A model generated the notes under the pieces. The model had not been told where the DNA came from. It saw only the letters and a list, made by a program, of their open reading frames with translations, and made no database searches. A stretch of 64,000 nt of DNA. Source: Mobula hypostoma. Its lineage: Eukaryota. The stretch lies in assembly GCF_963921235.1 (NCBI RefSeq), contig NC_086108.1, positions 109,618,001 to 109,682,000 of the forward strand, read 5' to 3'. The first letter of the stretch is position 1; the number at the start of each line of letters is the position of its first letter. This document shows, piece after piece, positions 1-14,005 of the stretch. The translations under genes were made by a program, and so were the position numbers.

Positions 1-1017
1 AACAGAACCCATTTAAAGAAAGACCGTCAAACACCCAATGGGCAGAAAAGAAAATAAATCATGCAAACAACAAAAGCAAGCAAACAAAATTAAGTTCACA
101 AAAGTGAGTCCACAGCCACGAAGCCAGTCATCACCGCAGCCGATTAAGGAGCCCATTAGTTGTAGGCCACAGCCTCAGTTCCGTGCAGAGACAAGTACAC
201 TTTGCGGAGCAGTGAGCTGAACCCGCCCGTCCTTTGCCTCCAGCCCTGACACCCTGACCTCCTGACCTTTTCAATCTGGCCCTGTTTGTAGGAAGTAGTG
301 CCTTGCAAATCCTGCCAGAGCTGACCTGCATCTGATTACACCTCTGATCACTCAGGATTGCTTTTTAGCTCTTAGAGTAGTTTTCCATAAATCCTACCTG
401 GATGTCTTGTACAGTTCTGGATCACCGGTCTTGAATGACACAGGCCTAGCTCGCGGCAGAACATGAATCCCCTGGTTCATTCACAGCTTTTGGTTTGGGT
501 ATGTCCAGTATGTTCTCGAAAGCACACACTCACCTGCATAGGTCTCGATGAAGTTGGTGACAACTGTGCGTATTCATTCAGATTCAAAGATGAATCCCTA
601 AAGACCGTCCAGTCCGCTGACTCAAAGCAGTCCTGTAAGCATTCCACTGCCTCCTTGACCATGCCTTCTTCGTCCCCACTACTGGTGCTGCAGTCTTCGG
701 TCTTTGCCCATACCTCGGGAGCAGAAGTACAGCCGGGTGATCAGAATTTCCAAAATGTGGGTGCTGGATGGCACGGTAAGTATTCTTGATGGTGGTCTAA
801 TAGTGGTCGTGTGTGTTGGCTCCTCTGGTTCCAAAGGAGATATATTGATGGTAGATGTTCAGAGACTTCTTCAAGCTGGCCTAATTGAAATCCCCTGCGT
901 TGATAGGGAAGGCATCCAGGTGTTTTGTTTTGTGACCATAGAATCATAGAACCATAGAAACTAAAGCACAGAAACAGGCCCTTTGGCCCTTCTTGGCTGT
1001 GCCGAACCATTTTCTGC

Positions 1018-3929
1018 CTAGTCCCACTGACCTGCACACGGACCATAGCCCTCCATACACCTCCCACTGTATCTGTCCAATTTATTCTTAAATGTTAAAA
1101 AAGAACCCGCATTTACCACCTCGTCTGGCAGCTCATTCCATACTCCAACCACCCTCTGTGTGAAGAAGCCCCCCCTAATGTTCCCTTTAAACTTTTCCCC
1201 CCTCACCCTTAACCCATGTCCTCTGGTTTTTTTCTCCCCTTGCCTCAGTAGAAAAAGCCTGCATGCATTCACTCTATCCATACCCATCATAATTTTATAT
1301 ACCTCTATCAAATCTCCCCTCATTCTTCTACGCTCCAGGGAATAAAGTCCTACCTATTCAACCTTTCTCTGTAACTGAGTTTCTCAAGTCCCGGCAACAT
1401 CCTTGTAAACCTTCTCTGCACTCTTTCAACCTTATTTATATCCTTCCTGTAATTTGGTGACCAAAACTGAACACAATACTCCAGATTCGGACTCACAAAT
1501 GCCTTAAAACAACCTCATCATAACATTCCAGCTCTTATACTCAATACTTCGATTAATAAAGGCCAATGTACCAAAAGCTCTCTTTATGACCTTATCTACC
1601 TGTGACGACACTTTTAGGGAATTTTGTATCTGTATTCCCAGATCCCTCTGTTCCACTGCATTCCTCAGTGCCTTACCATTAACCCTGTATGTTCTACCTT
1701 GGTTTGTCCTTCCAACGTGCAATACCTCACACTTGTCAGTATTAAACTCCATCTGCCATTTTTCAGCCCATTTTTCCAGATGGTCCAAGTCCCTCTGCAG
1801 GCTCTGAAAACCTTCCTCACTGTCTACTACACCTCCAATCTTTGTATCATCAGCAAACTTGCTGATCCAATTTACCACATTATCATCCAGATCATTGATA
1901 TAGATGACAAATAACAATGAACCCAGCACTGATCCCTGTGGCACACCACTAGTCACAGGCCTCCACTCAGAGAAGCAATTCTCTACCACCACTCTCTGGC
2001 TTCTTCCATCGAGCCAATGTCTAATCCAATTTACCACCTCTCCATGTATACCTAGCGACTGAATTTTCCTAACTAACCTCCCATGCGGGACCTTGTCAAA
2101 GGCCTTACTGAAGTCCATGTAGACAATATCCACTGCCTTCCCTTCATCCACTTTCCTGGTAACCTCCTCGAAAAACTCCAACAGATTGGTCAAACATGAC
2201 CTACCACGCACAAAGCCATGTTGACTCTCCCTAATAAGCTCCTGTCTATCCAAATGCTTGTAGATTCTGTCTCTTAGTACTCCCTCCAATAACTTACCTA
2301 CTACTGACGTTAAACTCACCGGCCTATAATTTCCCGGATTACTTTTCGATCCTTTTTTAAACAATGGAACAACATGAGCCACTCCCCAATCCTCTGGCAC
2401 TTCACCCGTAGACAGCGACATTTTAAATATTTCTGCTAGGGCCCGCGCAATTTCAACACTAGTCTCCTTCAAGGTCCGAGGGAATACTCTGTCAGGTCCC
2501 GGGGATTTATCCACTTTAATTTTCCTCAAGACAGCAAGCACCTCCTCCTTTTCAATCTGTACAGTTTCCATGGTCTCACTACTTGATTCCCTCAACTCCA
2601 TAGATTTCATGCCAGCTTCCTTAGTAAATACAGACGCAAAAAACCTATTTAAAATCTCCCCCATTTCCTTTGGTTCCGCACAAAGCTGACCACTCTGATC
2701 TTCAAGAGGACCAATTTTATCCCTTACAATCCTTTTGCTCTTAATATACTTGTAAAAGCTCTTTGGATTATCCTTCACTTTGACTGCCAAAGCAACCTCA
2801 TGTCTTCTTTTAGCCCTCCTGATTTCTTTTTAAGTATTTTCTTGCACTTCTTATACTCCTCAAGCACCTGATTCCTATACATTTCATACAACTCCCTCTT
2901 CTTCTTTATCAGAGTTGCAATATCCCTTGAGAACCAAGGTTCCTTATTCCTATTCAATTTGCCTTTAATCCTGACAGGAACATACAAACTCTGCACTCTC
3001 AAAATTTCCCCTTTGAAGGCTTCCCACCTACCAATCACATCTTTGCCAGAGAACAACCTGTCCCAATCCACGCTTTTTAGATCCTTTCTCATTTCTTCAA
3101 ATTTGGCCTTCTTCCAGTTCAGAACCTCCACCCTAGGACCAGATCTATCCTTGTCCATGATCAAATTGAAACTAATGGTGTTATGATCACTGGAACCAAA
3201 GTGCTCCCCTACACAGACTTCTATCACTTGCTCTAATTCATTACCTAACAGGAGATCCAATATTGCATCCCCTCTAGTTGGTCCCTCTATATATTGATTT
3301 AGAAAACTTTCCTGAACACATCTTACAAACTCTAAACCATCTAGACCCCTAACAGTATGGGAGTCCCAATCAATGTATGGAAAATTAAAATCCCCTACCA
3401 CCACAACTTTATGTTTCCTGCAGTTGCCTGCTATCTCTCTGCAGATTTGCTCTTCCAAGTCTCGTTGACTATTGGGTGGTCTGTAATACAATCCCACTAA
3501 TGTGGCCATACCTTTCCTGTTTCTCAGCTCCACCCATAAGGACTCAGTAGACAAGCCCTCTAATCTGTCCTGCCTGAGCACTGCTGTAATATTTTCCCTA
3601 ACAAGCAATGCTACTCCCCCACCTTTCATTCCTCTGCCTCGATCACATCTGAAATATCAGAACCCTGAAATATTAAGCTGCCAGTCCTGCCCCTCCTGTA
3701 GCCAAGTTTCACTAGTTGCTACAACGTCATAATTCCACGTGTCAATCCACGCCCTCAACTCATCCGCCTTCCCCGCAATACTCCTAGCATTGAAATATAT
3801 ACACCTCAGAAGATTTTTACCACCAATCACAACCTTTCTATCAGCGGATTTGCTTAAGTTTTCAACATCATTTATTTTCACCCCAGCCACACTGTCAGCT
3901 CTGGCACTCTGGTTCCCATCCCCCTGCAA
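1018..3929 (-). pseudogene. CR1 ORF2 (APE endonuclease + reverse transcriptase), frameshifted into several ORFs
   Basis: YFNARS, SETWL, GDFNFP, SSDHN, NYRPVSLTS, DFSKAFDKV, GVPQGSVLG, FADDTK. Confidence 0.95.
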
Positions 3930-3931
3930 AT

Positions 3932-4468
3932 CTAGTTTAAAGCCTCCCCAATAGCACTAACAAACCTGCCTGATAGGATATTGGTCCCCCTGTGGTTCAA
4001 GTGTAACCCGTCTCTCTTGTACAGGTCCCACCTGCCCCAGAAGAGGTCCCAATGATCCTGAAATCTGAAACCCTGCTCCCTACACCAGTTCCTCAGCCAC
4101 TTGTTCCTCCTCCAGAGCATCCTATTCCTACCCTCACTGGCACCTAGCACAGGTAGCAATCCTGAGATTACCACCCTTGAGGTCCTGCTTTTCAACTTCC
4201 TACCAAGCTCTCTATACTCACTGCCCAGGACCTCCTCACTCTTCCTTGCTATGTCATTGGTACCGATGTGCACCACGACATCTGGATGGTCACCCTCCCA
4301 CTTCAGAATGTCATGCAATCGATCAGAGACATCCTTGACCCTGGCACCTGGGAGGCAACAAACCATCCTGGATTCTCTGTCACGACCACAGAACCTTCTA
4401 TCTGCACCTCTAACTATCGAGTCCCCTATCACTACCGCTCTCCATTTTCTCCCCGCTCCCTTCTGCAC
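3932..4468 (-). pseudogene. CR1 ORF1 C-terminal SGNH/GDSL esterase-like domain
   Basis: VVIGDSIVRG, CLPGARV, VVHIGTND and DGLHLN motifs. Confidence 0.9.
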
Positions 4469-5294
4469 TGCTGATCACGGTGCTCAGCTCCTTCAGTGGC
4501 TCCCTGACGTTGGCCTATACACTACTGCCAGGATGATGGTGTTAAACTCCATCACCAGATGAAATGGATGACATTTCTGACAGCCAGATTTTCCAGGTCA
4601 GGTGAGTGGGATTGAGACAGAACTTCCACGTCTGTGCACCCTGATGAGTTAATCAATAAACATGCACCACGTCCTTTGCCTTTAAAAGACCGAGCGGTGC
4701 TGCATCTGTGGAGAGTGGTGGACTTCCTCAGGACAGATATCTCCTGCACCTGCAGGATGAGGATGGACTGAGGTACAATGTTAAACTCTGCTAGGTTGGT
4801 ATGTGCTGCAGTTAGGTAATCATGCAGCTGCTAAGTCCACTGTGCTTACGAGCGTGCCAACTCTCCTTTGAACATCGTCCAAAGATGTTACAAGTACGCC
4901 TTGGACATGTTCCATAGCCGTGGCTCTGCTGAAACGCATCACCAGGCTTTAGTGCTTCTGAGAACTGTTGCGGTCTCAGAGAGCGCTGAGTCTAATCGAA
5001 ATCGCCGAGGGAGGCCAGCTGATGAACACATCTCTCTGGAAAAATTACAGGCTGCAAAATGAGAGTATTAAAAACATAAATCTTTATTTTCCTTATAGGA
5101 TTTATGAAGATTGTGCGTCTACACCACCACCAACCTCACACCCCCACCAACACACTCCAAATGCACTCTCTGACCAAATTGTTTATTAAAACTGTGTGCT
5201 TGATGACATGCTGGCTCCTTTATTAGAACTCATGCACAGAAAGAACAGTGGTGTTTGATTCATTAGTTGATGGCAAGCTGTATTTATGAAATAA

Positions 5295-6012
5295 TTTATT
5301 TTATTTAGAGGTACGGTGCAGAATAGGTTCTGCTGGCCCTTCAAGCTGTACCACGCAGCAAACTCCCAACAAACCCGATTTAGCCCTAAACTAATCACGG
5401 GATGATTTACAATGGCCAACTAACCTAACCGGTATGTCTTTGGACTGTGGCAGGAAACCGGAGGACCATAAGACCAAAAGAGAGAACAGCAGAATTAGCC
5501 ATTTGCTCCACCATTTTATCATGGCTGATCCATTTTCCCTCTCAGCCCCAATCTCCTGCCTTCTCCCCGTATCCCTTCACACCCTGACTAATCAAGAATC
5601 TTTCAACCTCCACTTTAAACACACCCAATAGCATGGCCTCCACAGCCCACCTGTGGCAAAGAATTCCAAAGATTCACCACTCTTTGGCTCAATAAATAAC
5701 CTCCTCATCTCCATTCTAAAAGGACACCCTTCTGTTCTGAGGCTGTGTCCTCTGGTCTTAGATTCCCCTACCATAGGAAACATCCTTTCCATATCCACTC
5801 AGTCGAGTCCTTTCAACATTCGACATGTTCTCATATGACAAGCCTTTCAATTCCAGATTCTGTGCTGTATATCTAAAGGACCTGGAGGAAACCCATGCAT
5901 TCCACAGGGAGGACATTCAGAGACACCTTACAGAGGACACCAGGACTAAACACTGACTTCTGACACCCCAGGCTGCAATAGCATCAGACTAACTGCTATG
6001 CTACTGTGGCAC
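5295..6012 (-). mobile_element. V-SINE/HE1-like SINE interrupted by a CR1 3' fragment (about 5466-5850)
   Basis: ggaaaccggagg ... ggaggaaacccatgcattccacagggagg core, also present at about 29690-30075, 48665-48825 and 63090-63220. Confidence 0.6.
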
Positions 6013-6015
6013 CCT

Positions 6016-8907
6016 AATAGAAACATAGAAACATAGAAAACCTACAGCACAATACAGGCCGTTCGGCCCACAAAGCTGTGCTGGACATGTCCTTACCTTA
6101 GAAATTACCTAGGGTTACCCATAGCCCTCTATTTTTCTGAGCTCCATGTACCTGTCCAGGAATCTTTTAAAAGACCCTATTGTATCCGCCGCCACCATTG
6201 TCATTGGCAGCCCATTCCACACACTCACCTCTCTGAAAAAACTTACCCCTCCAGACCTATTTCCAAGCATCTTAAAACTGTGCCTTCTCGTGTTAGCCAT
6301 TTCAGCCCTGGGAAAAAGCCTCTGACTATCCACACGATCAATGCCTCTCAACATCTTATACACCTCTATCAGATCACCTCTCATCCTCCGTCGCTCCAAG
6401 GAAAAAAGGCCAAGTTCACTCAACTTAAACTCATAAGGCATGCTTCCCAATCCAGGCAACTAACTTTTAAATCTCCTCTGCACCATTTCTATGGTTTCCA
6501 CATCCTTCCTGTAGTGAGGTGACCAGAACTGAGCACAGTACTCCAAGTGGGGTCTGACCAGGGTCCTATATAGCTGCAACATTACCTCTCGGCTCGTAAA
6601 CTCAATCCCACGACTGATGAAGGCCAATGCACTGTATGTTTTCTTAACCACAGAGTCAACCTGCGCAGCTGCTTTGAGTGTCCTATGGATTCGGACCCCA
6701 AGATCCCTCTGATCCTCCACACTGCCAAGAGTCTTACCATTAATACTATATTCTGCCCTCATATTTGACCTACCAAAATGAACCAACTCACACACTTTCC
6801 TGGGATGAGCTCCATCTGCCACTTCTCAGCCCAGTTTTGCATCCTATCAATGTCCCACTGTAACCTCTGACTGCCCTCCACACTATCCACAACACCCCCA
6901 ACCTTCATGTCATCAGCAAACTTACTAACCTATCCTTGCATTTCCTCATCCAGGTCATTTATAAAAATCACAAACAGTAGGGGTCCCAGAACAAATCCCT
7001 GAGGCACACCACTGGTCACCGACCTCCATGCAGAATATGATCCGTCTACAACCACTCTTTGCCTTCTGTGGGCAGGCCAGTCCTGGATCCACAAAGCAAT
7101 GTCCCCTTGGATCCCATGCCTCCTTACTTTCTCAATAAGCCTACCATCATCGATGTGTTTAGTCACATCCTCAAAACATTCAATCAGGCTCGTAAGGCAC
7201 GACCTGCCTTTGACAAAGCTATTCTGACTATTCCTAATCATATTATGCCTCTCCAAATGTTCATAAATCCTGCCTCTCAGGACTTACACCATCAACTCAC
7301 CAACCACTGAAGTAAGACTCACTGGTCTATAATTCCCAGGGCTATCTCTACTCCCTTTCTTGAATAATGGAACAACATCCGCAGCCCTCCAATCCTCTGG
7401 AACCTCTCTTGTCTCCATTGATGATGCAAGGATCATCGCCAGAGGCTCAGCAATCTTCTCCCTCGCCTCCCACAGTAGCCTGGGGTACATTTCATCCAGT
7501 TCCAGAGACTTATCCAACTTGATACTTTCCAAAAGCCTGCAATCGCCAAGATCCTTTTCCATAGTGAATACTGAATCAAAGTACTCATTAAGAACTTCTG
7601 CTATCTCCTCTGGTTCCATACACACTTTTCCACTGTCACACTTGATTGGTCCTATTCTCTCACGTCTTATCCTCTTGCTCTTCACATACTTGTAGAATGC
7701 CTTGGGATTTTCCTTAATCCTGTCCTCCAAGGCCTTCTCATGGCCCCTCCTGGCTCTCCTAAATTCCTTCTTAAGCTCCTTCCTGCTGGTTTTATAACCT
7801 TCTAGATCTCTATAATTACCTTGTTTTTTGAACCTTTTGTAAGCTCTTCTTTTCCTCTTGACTAGATTTACAATAGCCTTTGTACACAACAGTTCCTGTA
7901 CTCTACCATCCGTTCTGTCTCATTGGAATGTACCCATGCAGAACTCCACGCAAATATTCCCTGAACATTTGCCACATTTCTTCCATATATTTCCCTGAGA
8001 ACATCTGTTCCCAATTTATGCTTCCAAGTTCTTGCCTGATAGCTTCATATTTCCCCTTACTCCAATTAAACACTTCCCTGACTTGTCTGTTCCCATCCCT
8101 CTCCAATGTTGTGGTAAAGGAGACAGAATTGTGATCACTGTCTCCAAAATGCTCTCCCACTGGGAGATCTGACACCTGAGCAAGTTTATTTCCCAATACC
8201 TGATCAAGTACAGCCTCTCCTCGTGTAGGCTTATCTACATGTCATGTCAAGAAACCTTCTTGAGTACACCTAACAAACTCCACCCCATCTAAACCCCTCG
8301 CTCCAGGGACGTGCCAATCGATATTTGGGAAATTAAAATCTCCCACCACGACAACCCTGTTATTATTACACTTTTTCATAATCTGTCTCCCTGTCTGCTC
8401 CTTGAAGTCACTGTTACTATTGGGTGGTCTATAAAAAACACCCAGTAGAGTTATTGACCCGTTCCTGTTCCTAACTTCCACCCACAGAGACTCAGTAGAC
8501 AATCCTTCCATGTATTCCTCCACGGAAGCTGTGTGCAGCCGTGACACTATCTCTGACCAACAGTGCCATGCCCCCACCTCTTTTGCCTCCCTCCCGGTCC
8601 TTTTTGAAACACCTAAAGCCTGGCACTCAAAGTAACCGTTCCGGCCCCTGAGCCATCCAAGTCTCTGTAATGGCCACAACATCATAACGCCAAGTGCTGA
8701 TCCACACTCTAAGCTCATCCGCTTTGTTCATAATACTCCTCGCATTAAAATAGACACATCTCAAACCACTGGTCTGAGTGCGTCCCTTCTCTATCACCTG
8801 CCTATCCTCCCTCTCACACTGTCTCCAAGCTTTCTCTATTTGTGAGCCAACAGCCCCTTCCTCCGTCTCTTCGGTTCAGTTCCCACCCCCCAGCAACACT
8901 AGTTTAA
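6016..8907 (-). mobile_element. Older CR1 LINE, ORF2 fragmented by deletions and frameshifts
   Basis: ORF pieces with [29 protein letters not shown] and RPHLEYCAQFWSP; ATAGA tail at about 6016-6040. Confidence 0.95.
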
Positions 8908-8984
8908 TAGGAGAGGAACCACCTGCTTCTTAATGGCTCTCTGCTGAAGGAATCACAGAGAATGAATGTAAACAGGGAGACAGG

Positions 8985-10170
8985 GCGAACTTCAGGAAGA
9001 GGAAGTTCCTGGGCAGTAACTTCTTGGAGAACCTACCCAGACCCCCACACATTGATACAATCATGAAGACGACACGCCTGCAGCTCTACTTTGCTCGGAG
9101 AATGAAGAGACATAGAGTCATAGAACATTGCAGCGTGCAACCAGGCCCTTCGGCCCGTTTAGTCTGTGCTGAACTATTAATCTGTCTAGTCACATCAACG
9201 TGCACCCGGACCATAGCCCTCCATACCCCTTTATCTATGTACCTATCCACTTTTTCAATAGTTTCAATATTTAATATCAGAAAAATGTATGCAATGTACA
9301 TCCGGAAATTCTAGTTCTTCGCAGACATACACAAAAACAGAAGAGTGCCCCAAGGAACGATGGATAGTAAAATGTTAGGACCCCAAAGCCCCCCCTCCCC
9401 CTCCTATGCACAAGCAGCAGCAAAACAACAACCAGTCCTCACCCCACCCACTTCCACATTAAAGCATCAGCACCCTCCACCCACCAAGCATGCAACAGCA
9501 GAGCCCCCAGTAAAGACCATGATCTGCAGTACAACACAGACTGATCATTCACCCGACAATTCGACATGCCACAGTCTCTCTTAAGTGTTGAAAGTGAACC
9601 CTGCATCCACCACTCATGCTGGCAACTCATTCCACAATTTCATTGGTCTCTGAGTGAAGAAATTTCCCCTCATCTTCCCCTTACACATTTCGACTTTCAC
9701 CCTTAACCCATGACCTCTGGTTCAAGCATGTTTCTAGATTCGGAATGTCACCAAAGACTCCTACAAATTGCTACAGGTGCATGATGGAGAACATCCGACT
9801 GTTTGCTCCTCTGCCCAGTGGAGGCTTCAACGCATAGGATCGCATGAACTGCAGAGCCAGTAGCCTCAGACTACTCTCTCATGAGCACAACCTTCCCCAC
9901 CAGCATGGACATCTTCAAGAGGCAGTGCTGGTGGCGTCAGTCATGAAGGATCGTCACCATTCCGGACCTGCCCTCTCCACCATCGGGTAGGAGGTACAGG
10001 TGCCTGAGGACCTTCCCTCAACGTAACAGCTCCTCCTCTGAATGGACCGTGAACTCACAAACACTATCCTGTTATTCTTTACTTTGACACTATGTGCTTA
10101 TTTTGTAATTTATGGTAATTTCATGTCTTTGTACTGTAATTCAGCCACAAATTAACAAACTTCTTGTAAG
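8985..10170 (+). mobile_element. Decayed Rex1/Babar 3' region with nested CR1 and other fragments
   Basis: aagttcctgggcagtaac..., ctctactttgctcggag, and the ggaggtacaggtgcctgagg motif shared with other Rex1-like pieces. Confidence 0.55.
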
Positions 10171-10317
10171 ATTTAGATCGGAAACTTACAGCAGACTCCA
10201 TTACTCCTGTGATACTGGGGGCAGCCTGCAAGTACTGCCACACGTTCTGGCACAAATATAGCATGGCCACAATGTTCTGCAGAACAACACGAGCAACAAC
10301 AACAAAACAGGAGGTGG

Positions 10318-10798
10318 CCCTCCTCCAACCTAACAGCATGAACACTGACTTCTCAAACTTCCGCTAATGCCCCACCTCCCCCTCGTACCCCATCCATTAT
10401 TTATTTATTTATATACACACATTCCTTTTCTCTCTCCTTTTTCTCCCTCTGTCCCTCTCACTATACCCCTTGCCCATCCTCTGGGTTTCCCCCCCCCCTT
10501 TTCCTTCTCCATGGGCCTCCTGTCCCATGATCCTCTCATATCCCTTTTGCCAATCAACTGTCCAGCTCTTGGCTCCATCCCTCCCCCTCCTGTCTTCTCC
10601 TATCATTTTGGATCTCCCCCTCCCCCTCCCACTTTCAAATCTCTTACTAGCTCTTCTTTCAGTTAGTCCTGACGAAGGGTCTCGGCCTGAAACGTCGACT
10701 GTACCTCTTCCTAGAGATGCTGCCTGGCCTGCTGCATTCACCAGCAACTTTGATGTGTGTTGCTTGAAATTCCAGCATCTGCAGATTTCCTCGTGTCT
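10318..10798 (+). mobile_element. Penelope-like element 3' end (GIY-YIG tail + pseudo-LTR)
   Basis: LQPNSMNTDFSNFR* end followed by a pyrimidine-rich UTR; very similar to the reverse complement of 21956-22440. Confidence 0.85.
10665..10700 (+). ncRNA. Minimal type I hammerhead ribozyme (PLE-associated)
   Basis: AGUC-CUGACGA-A-GGGU(CUCG)GCCU-GAAA-C-GUC^GACU; predicted cleavage after 10696. Confidence 0.8.
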
Positions 10799-10799
10799 G

Positions 10800-11150
10800 C
10801 CCTTTCTTTGGTTGGGATCGACCATGGATGTTGCATGCCAGCTGTCTACGTGATAAGAAAGCAAGGGCAGTGAAATATGGACAGCAAGCTGTTGCCCATG
10901 CAGTAGGCTCCCCCTCTCCACCCGGCTGATGACTCCAAAGAAATGACAGAGACTGCTGCAATCAGGAGTTGCCAGTCAACAGTGTCGGACTGCCATACGG
11001 ACTCAAGCTCCAGAGTTTTCCTCAGGGTTTACTCCCAAATCCTTCCCTATGAGTGGGTTTAGCCACAAGGCAGCGGAGGTTTGCGATCAGATTTTCGCTT
11101 CTGAATGAGTTGTAACCACTGCTGCTGACCCCCATCTGCCTCATGGAGGG
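10800..11150 (-). mobile_element. Non-coding RTE-like short element (family also at 27480, 29120 and 48119)
   Basis: Reverse complement shows caaacctccgctgccttgtggcta..cccactcat, ggagtaaaccctgagg and ggagaggggagcc. Confidence 0.65.
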
Positions 11151-11585
11151 GCAGGTTGTGCTGAGGAAGCAGGAAGGATGTAGAAGAACTTCGATTAGGA
11201 GAATGGGCAAAGAAGTGGCAGGTGGAAAACAGTTTCGGGAAGTGTATGTTCATGCGTTTTAGTAGGAGAAATAAAAGTGCAGGCTATTTTCTAAATGGAG
11301 AGAAAATACAGAAATCTGAGGTGCAAGAAGACTTGGGAGTCCTCATGCAGGATTCTCTGAAGTTTATTTTGCAGGGTGAGTCGGTGGTGACGCAGGCAAA
11401 TGCAATGTTAGCATTCATTTCAAGAGGACTAGAATATTGTGCTCGGCACAATGACAATAAAGTTGAATTTAATCTAATCTAATCTAATAAAAGCAAGGAT
11501 GTAATATTAAGAACTTATGAGGCACTAGTAAGGCCTCACTTGGAGTATTATGAGCCGTTTTGGGCCCCTTATCTAACAAATAATG
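11145..11585 (+). mobile_element. CR1 RT fragment (old)
   Basis: YFLNGEKIQKSEVQEDLGVL..ANAMLAFISRGLEY. Confidence 0.8.
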
Positions 11586-11754
11586 TTTCAGCCCGAAACA
11601 TCGACTGTACTTTTTTCCATGGAAGCTGAGTTCCTCCAGCATCTTGTTTGGATTTTGTTTGCTTGGATTTCCAGCCTCTGCAGATTTTTTCTTACAATGA
11701 AAAGCTTACTTGCAGCAGTATTGCAGGCATATTGCATCAAAGTTCAAAGTTCAA

Positions 11755-13340
11755 TGTAAATCTCCTGGACCAGATGGAATGCACCCTCGTGTTCTGAAGG
11801 AAGTAGCTGTGGAGATTGCGGAGGCATTAGCGATGATCTTTCAAAAGTCAATAGATTCTGGCATAGTTCTGGAAGACTGGAAGATTGCAAATGTCACTCC
11901 GCTATTTAAGAAGGGGGCAAGGAAGTAAAAAGGAAATTATAGACCTGTTAGCTTGACGTCGGTGGTTGGGAAGTTGTTGGAGTCGATTGTCAAAGATGAA
12001 GTTACAGAGTACCTGGAGGCATATGACAAGATAGGCAGAACTCAGCATGGATTCAATCCTGCCTGACAAACCCATTACAATTTTTTGAGGAAATTACCAG
12101 TAGGCTATACAAGGGAGATGCAGTGGATGTTGTATATTTGGATTTTCAGAAGGCCTTTGACAAGGTGCCACACATGAGGCTACTTAACAAGATAAGAGCC
12201 CATGGAATCACGGGAAAGTTACATACGTGGATAGAGCGTTGGCTGATTGGCAGGAAACAGAGAGTAGGAATAAAGGGATCCTGTTCTGGTTGGCTGCTGG
12301 TTACCAGTGGTGTTCCACAGGGGTCTGTGTTGGGGCCGCTTCTTTTTACATTGTACATCAACGATTTGGATTATGGAATAGATGGCTTTGTGGCTAAGTT
12401 TGCTGTTGATACGAAGATAGGTGGAGGGGCCGGTAGTGCTGAGGAAACAAAGAGTCTGCAAAGAGACTTGGATAGATTGGAAGAATGGGCAGAGAAGCAG
12501 CAAATGAAGTAAAATGTTGGAAAGTATATGGTTATGCACTTTGGCAGAAAAAAATAAATGGGCAGACTATTATTTAAATGGGGAAAGAATTCAAAGTTCT
12601 GAGATGCAACGGGACTTGGGAGTCCTCGTACAGGATACCCTTAAAGTTAACCTCCAGGTTGAGTCGGTAGTGAAGAAGGTGAATGCAATGTTGGCATTCA
12701 TTTCTAGAGGAATAGAGTATAGGAGCAGGGATGTGATGTTGAGGCTCTATAAGGCGCTGGTGAGACCTCACTTGGAGTACTGTGGGCAGTTTTGGTCTCC
12801 GTATTTAAGAAAGGATGTGCTGACGTTGGAGAGGGTACAGAGAAGATTCACTAGAATGATTCCGGGAATGAGAGGGTTAACATATGAGGAACGTTTGTCC
12901 GCTCTTGGACTGTATTCCTTGGAGTTTAGAAGAATGAGGGGAGATCTCATAGAAACATTTCGAATGTTAAAAGGCATGGACAGAGAGGATGCAGCAAAGT
13001 TGTTTCCCATGATGGGGGAGTCTAGTACGAGAGGGCATGACTTCAGGATTGAAGGGTGCCCATTCAGAACAGAGATGCGAAGAAATTTTTTCAGTCAGAG
13101 GTTGGTGAATCTATGGAATTTGTTGCCACGGGCAGCAGTGGAGGCCAAGTCATTGGGTGTATTTAAGGCAGAGATTGATAGGTATCTGAGTAGCCAGGGC
13201 ATCAAAGGTTATGGTGAGAAGGCGGGGGAGTGGGACTAAATAGGAGAATGGATCAGCTCATGATAAAATGGCAGAGCAGACTCGATGGGCCGAATGGCCT
13301 ACTTCTACTCCTTTGTCTTATGGTCTTATGGTCTTATGGT
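11755..13340 (+). mobile_element. CR1 LINE 3' portion (RT + tail)
   Basis: KSPGPDGMHPRVLKE through DFQKAFDKV, GVPQG and RPHLEYC; (GGTCTTAT)n tail. Confidence 0.95.
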
Positions 13341-14005
13341 CTAAATTTATTATCAAAGTACATATATGTCACCATGTGCATTTATTTATTATCAAAGACC
13401 GTATAAATTCTACAACCTTGAGATTTGTTTGCTCACAGATAGCCACAAATCAAGAACCCCAAAAAACCAAATTAAAGACAAAATATAATAATAATAGAAG
13501 ACCAACACCCAATCCACAAGAGGAAGGAGGAAAAAAAGCACAAATCATGTAAACAATCGAAGCGAACAACAACATTCCAAACCGAACTGAGCCCTTAGAT
13601 CCGAACCCCATGGAGTAGGCCCAAAGCCTCACTTATCAGTTCATCATATTAGTGTGCACGGAACACAGGAAACCTGTGATTCCTTTTCTTGCAGGAATAC
13701 TCGGTAAGTCCACAATAGAATAATAACCACAATATAATCAGTGAAAGAGTGCACCAACATGGCCATTCAACCAGTGTGCAGAAGGCAGCAAACTGGGCAA
13801 ATACAAAAAGAAACAAATAATAATGATAAATAAATAAGCAATAAGTCTGAAGAAAATAAGATGAAGAGTCCTTGGAAGTGAGTCCATAGTTTGTGAGAAC
13901 AGTTCAATGATGGGGCAAGTGAACTTCAGTGAACATCACAGATAAGCAGCATTCACAAGAAACATCAACTGTCCATTACCTGAAGCTCACAGTGTAAATA
14001 ATATA

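Larger units (their letters stand above)
936..4470 (-). mobile_element. CR1/L3 LINE, 5'-truncated within ORF1, young subfamily A
   Basis: Order is esterase ORF1 end, then APE, then RT, then 3' UTR ending in (TCTATG/ATAGA)n at about 936-960. Confidence 0.97.
290..4750 (-). mobile_element. Decayed Rex1/Babar-like LINE (endonuclease region), split by the CR1 at 936-4470; pieces about 290-935 and 4470-4750
   Basis: The minus-strand reading continues across the CR1: ..LKELSTVIS | HKTKHLDAFPINAGDFN.. Also GRGACLLINSSGC..SPDLENLAV and EAVECLQDCFESADWTVF. Confidence 0.7.

Noticed and set aside
3932..4468. Host or bacterial GDSL esterase gene
   Set aside because: It lies directly upstream of CR1 ORF2 and is the known esterase domain of CR1 ORF1.
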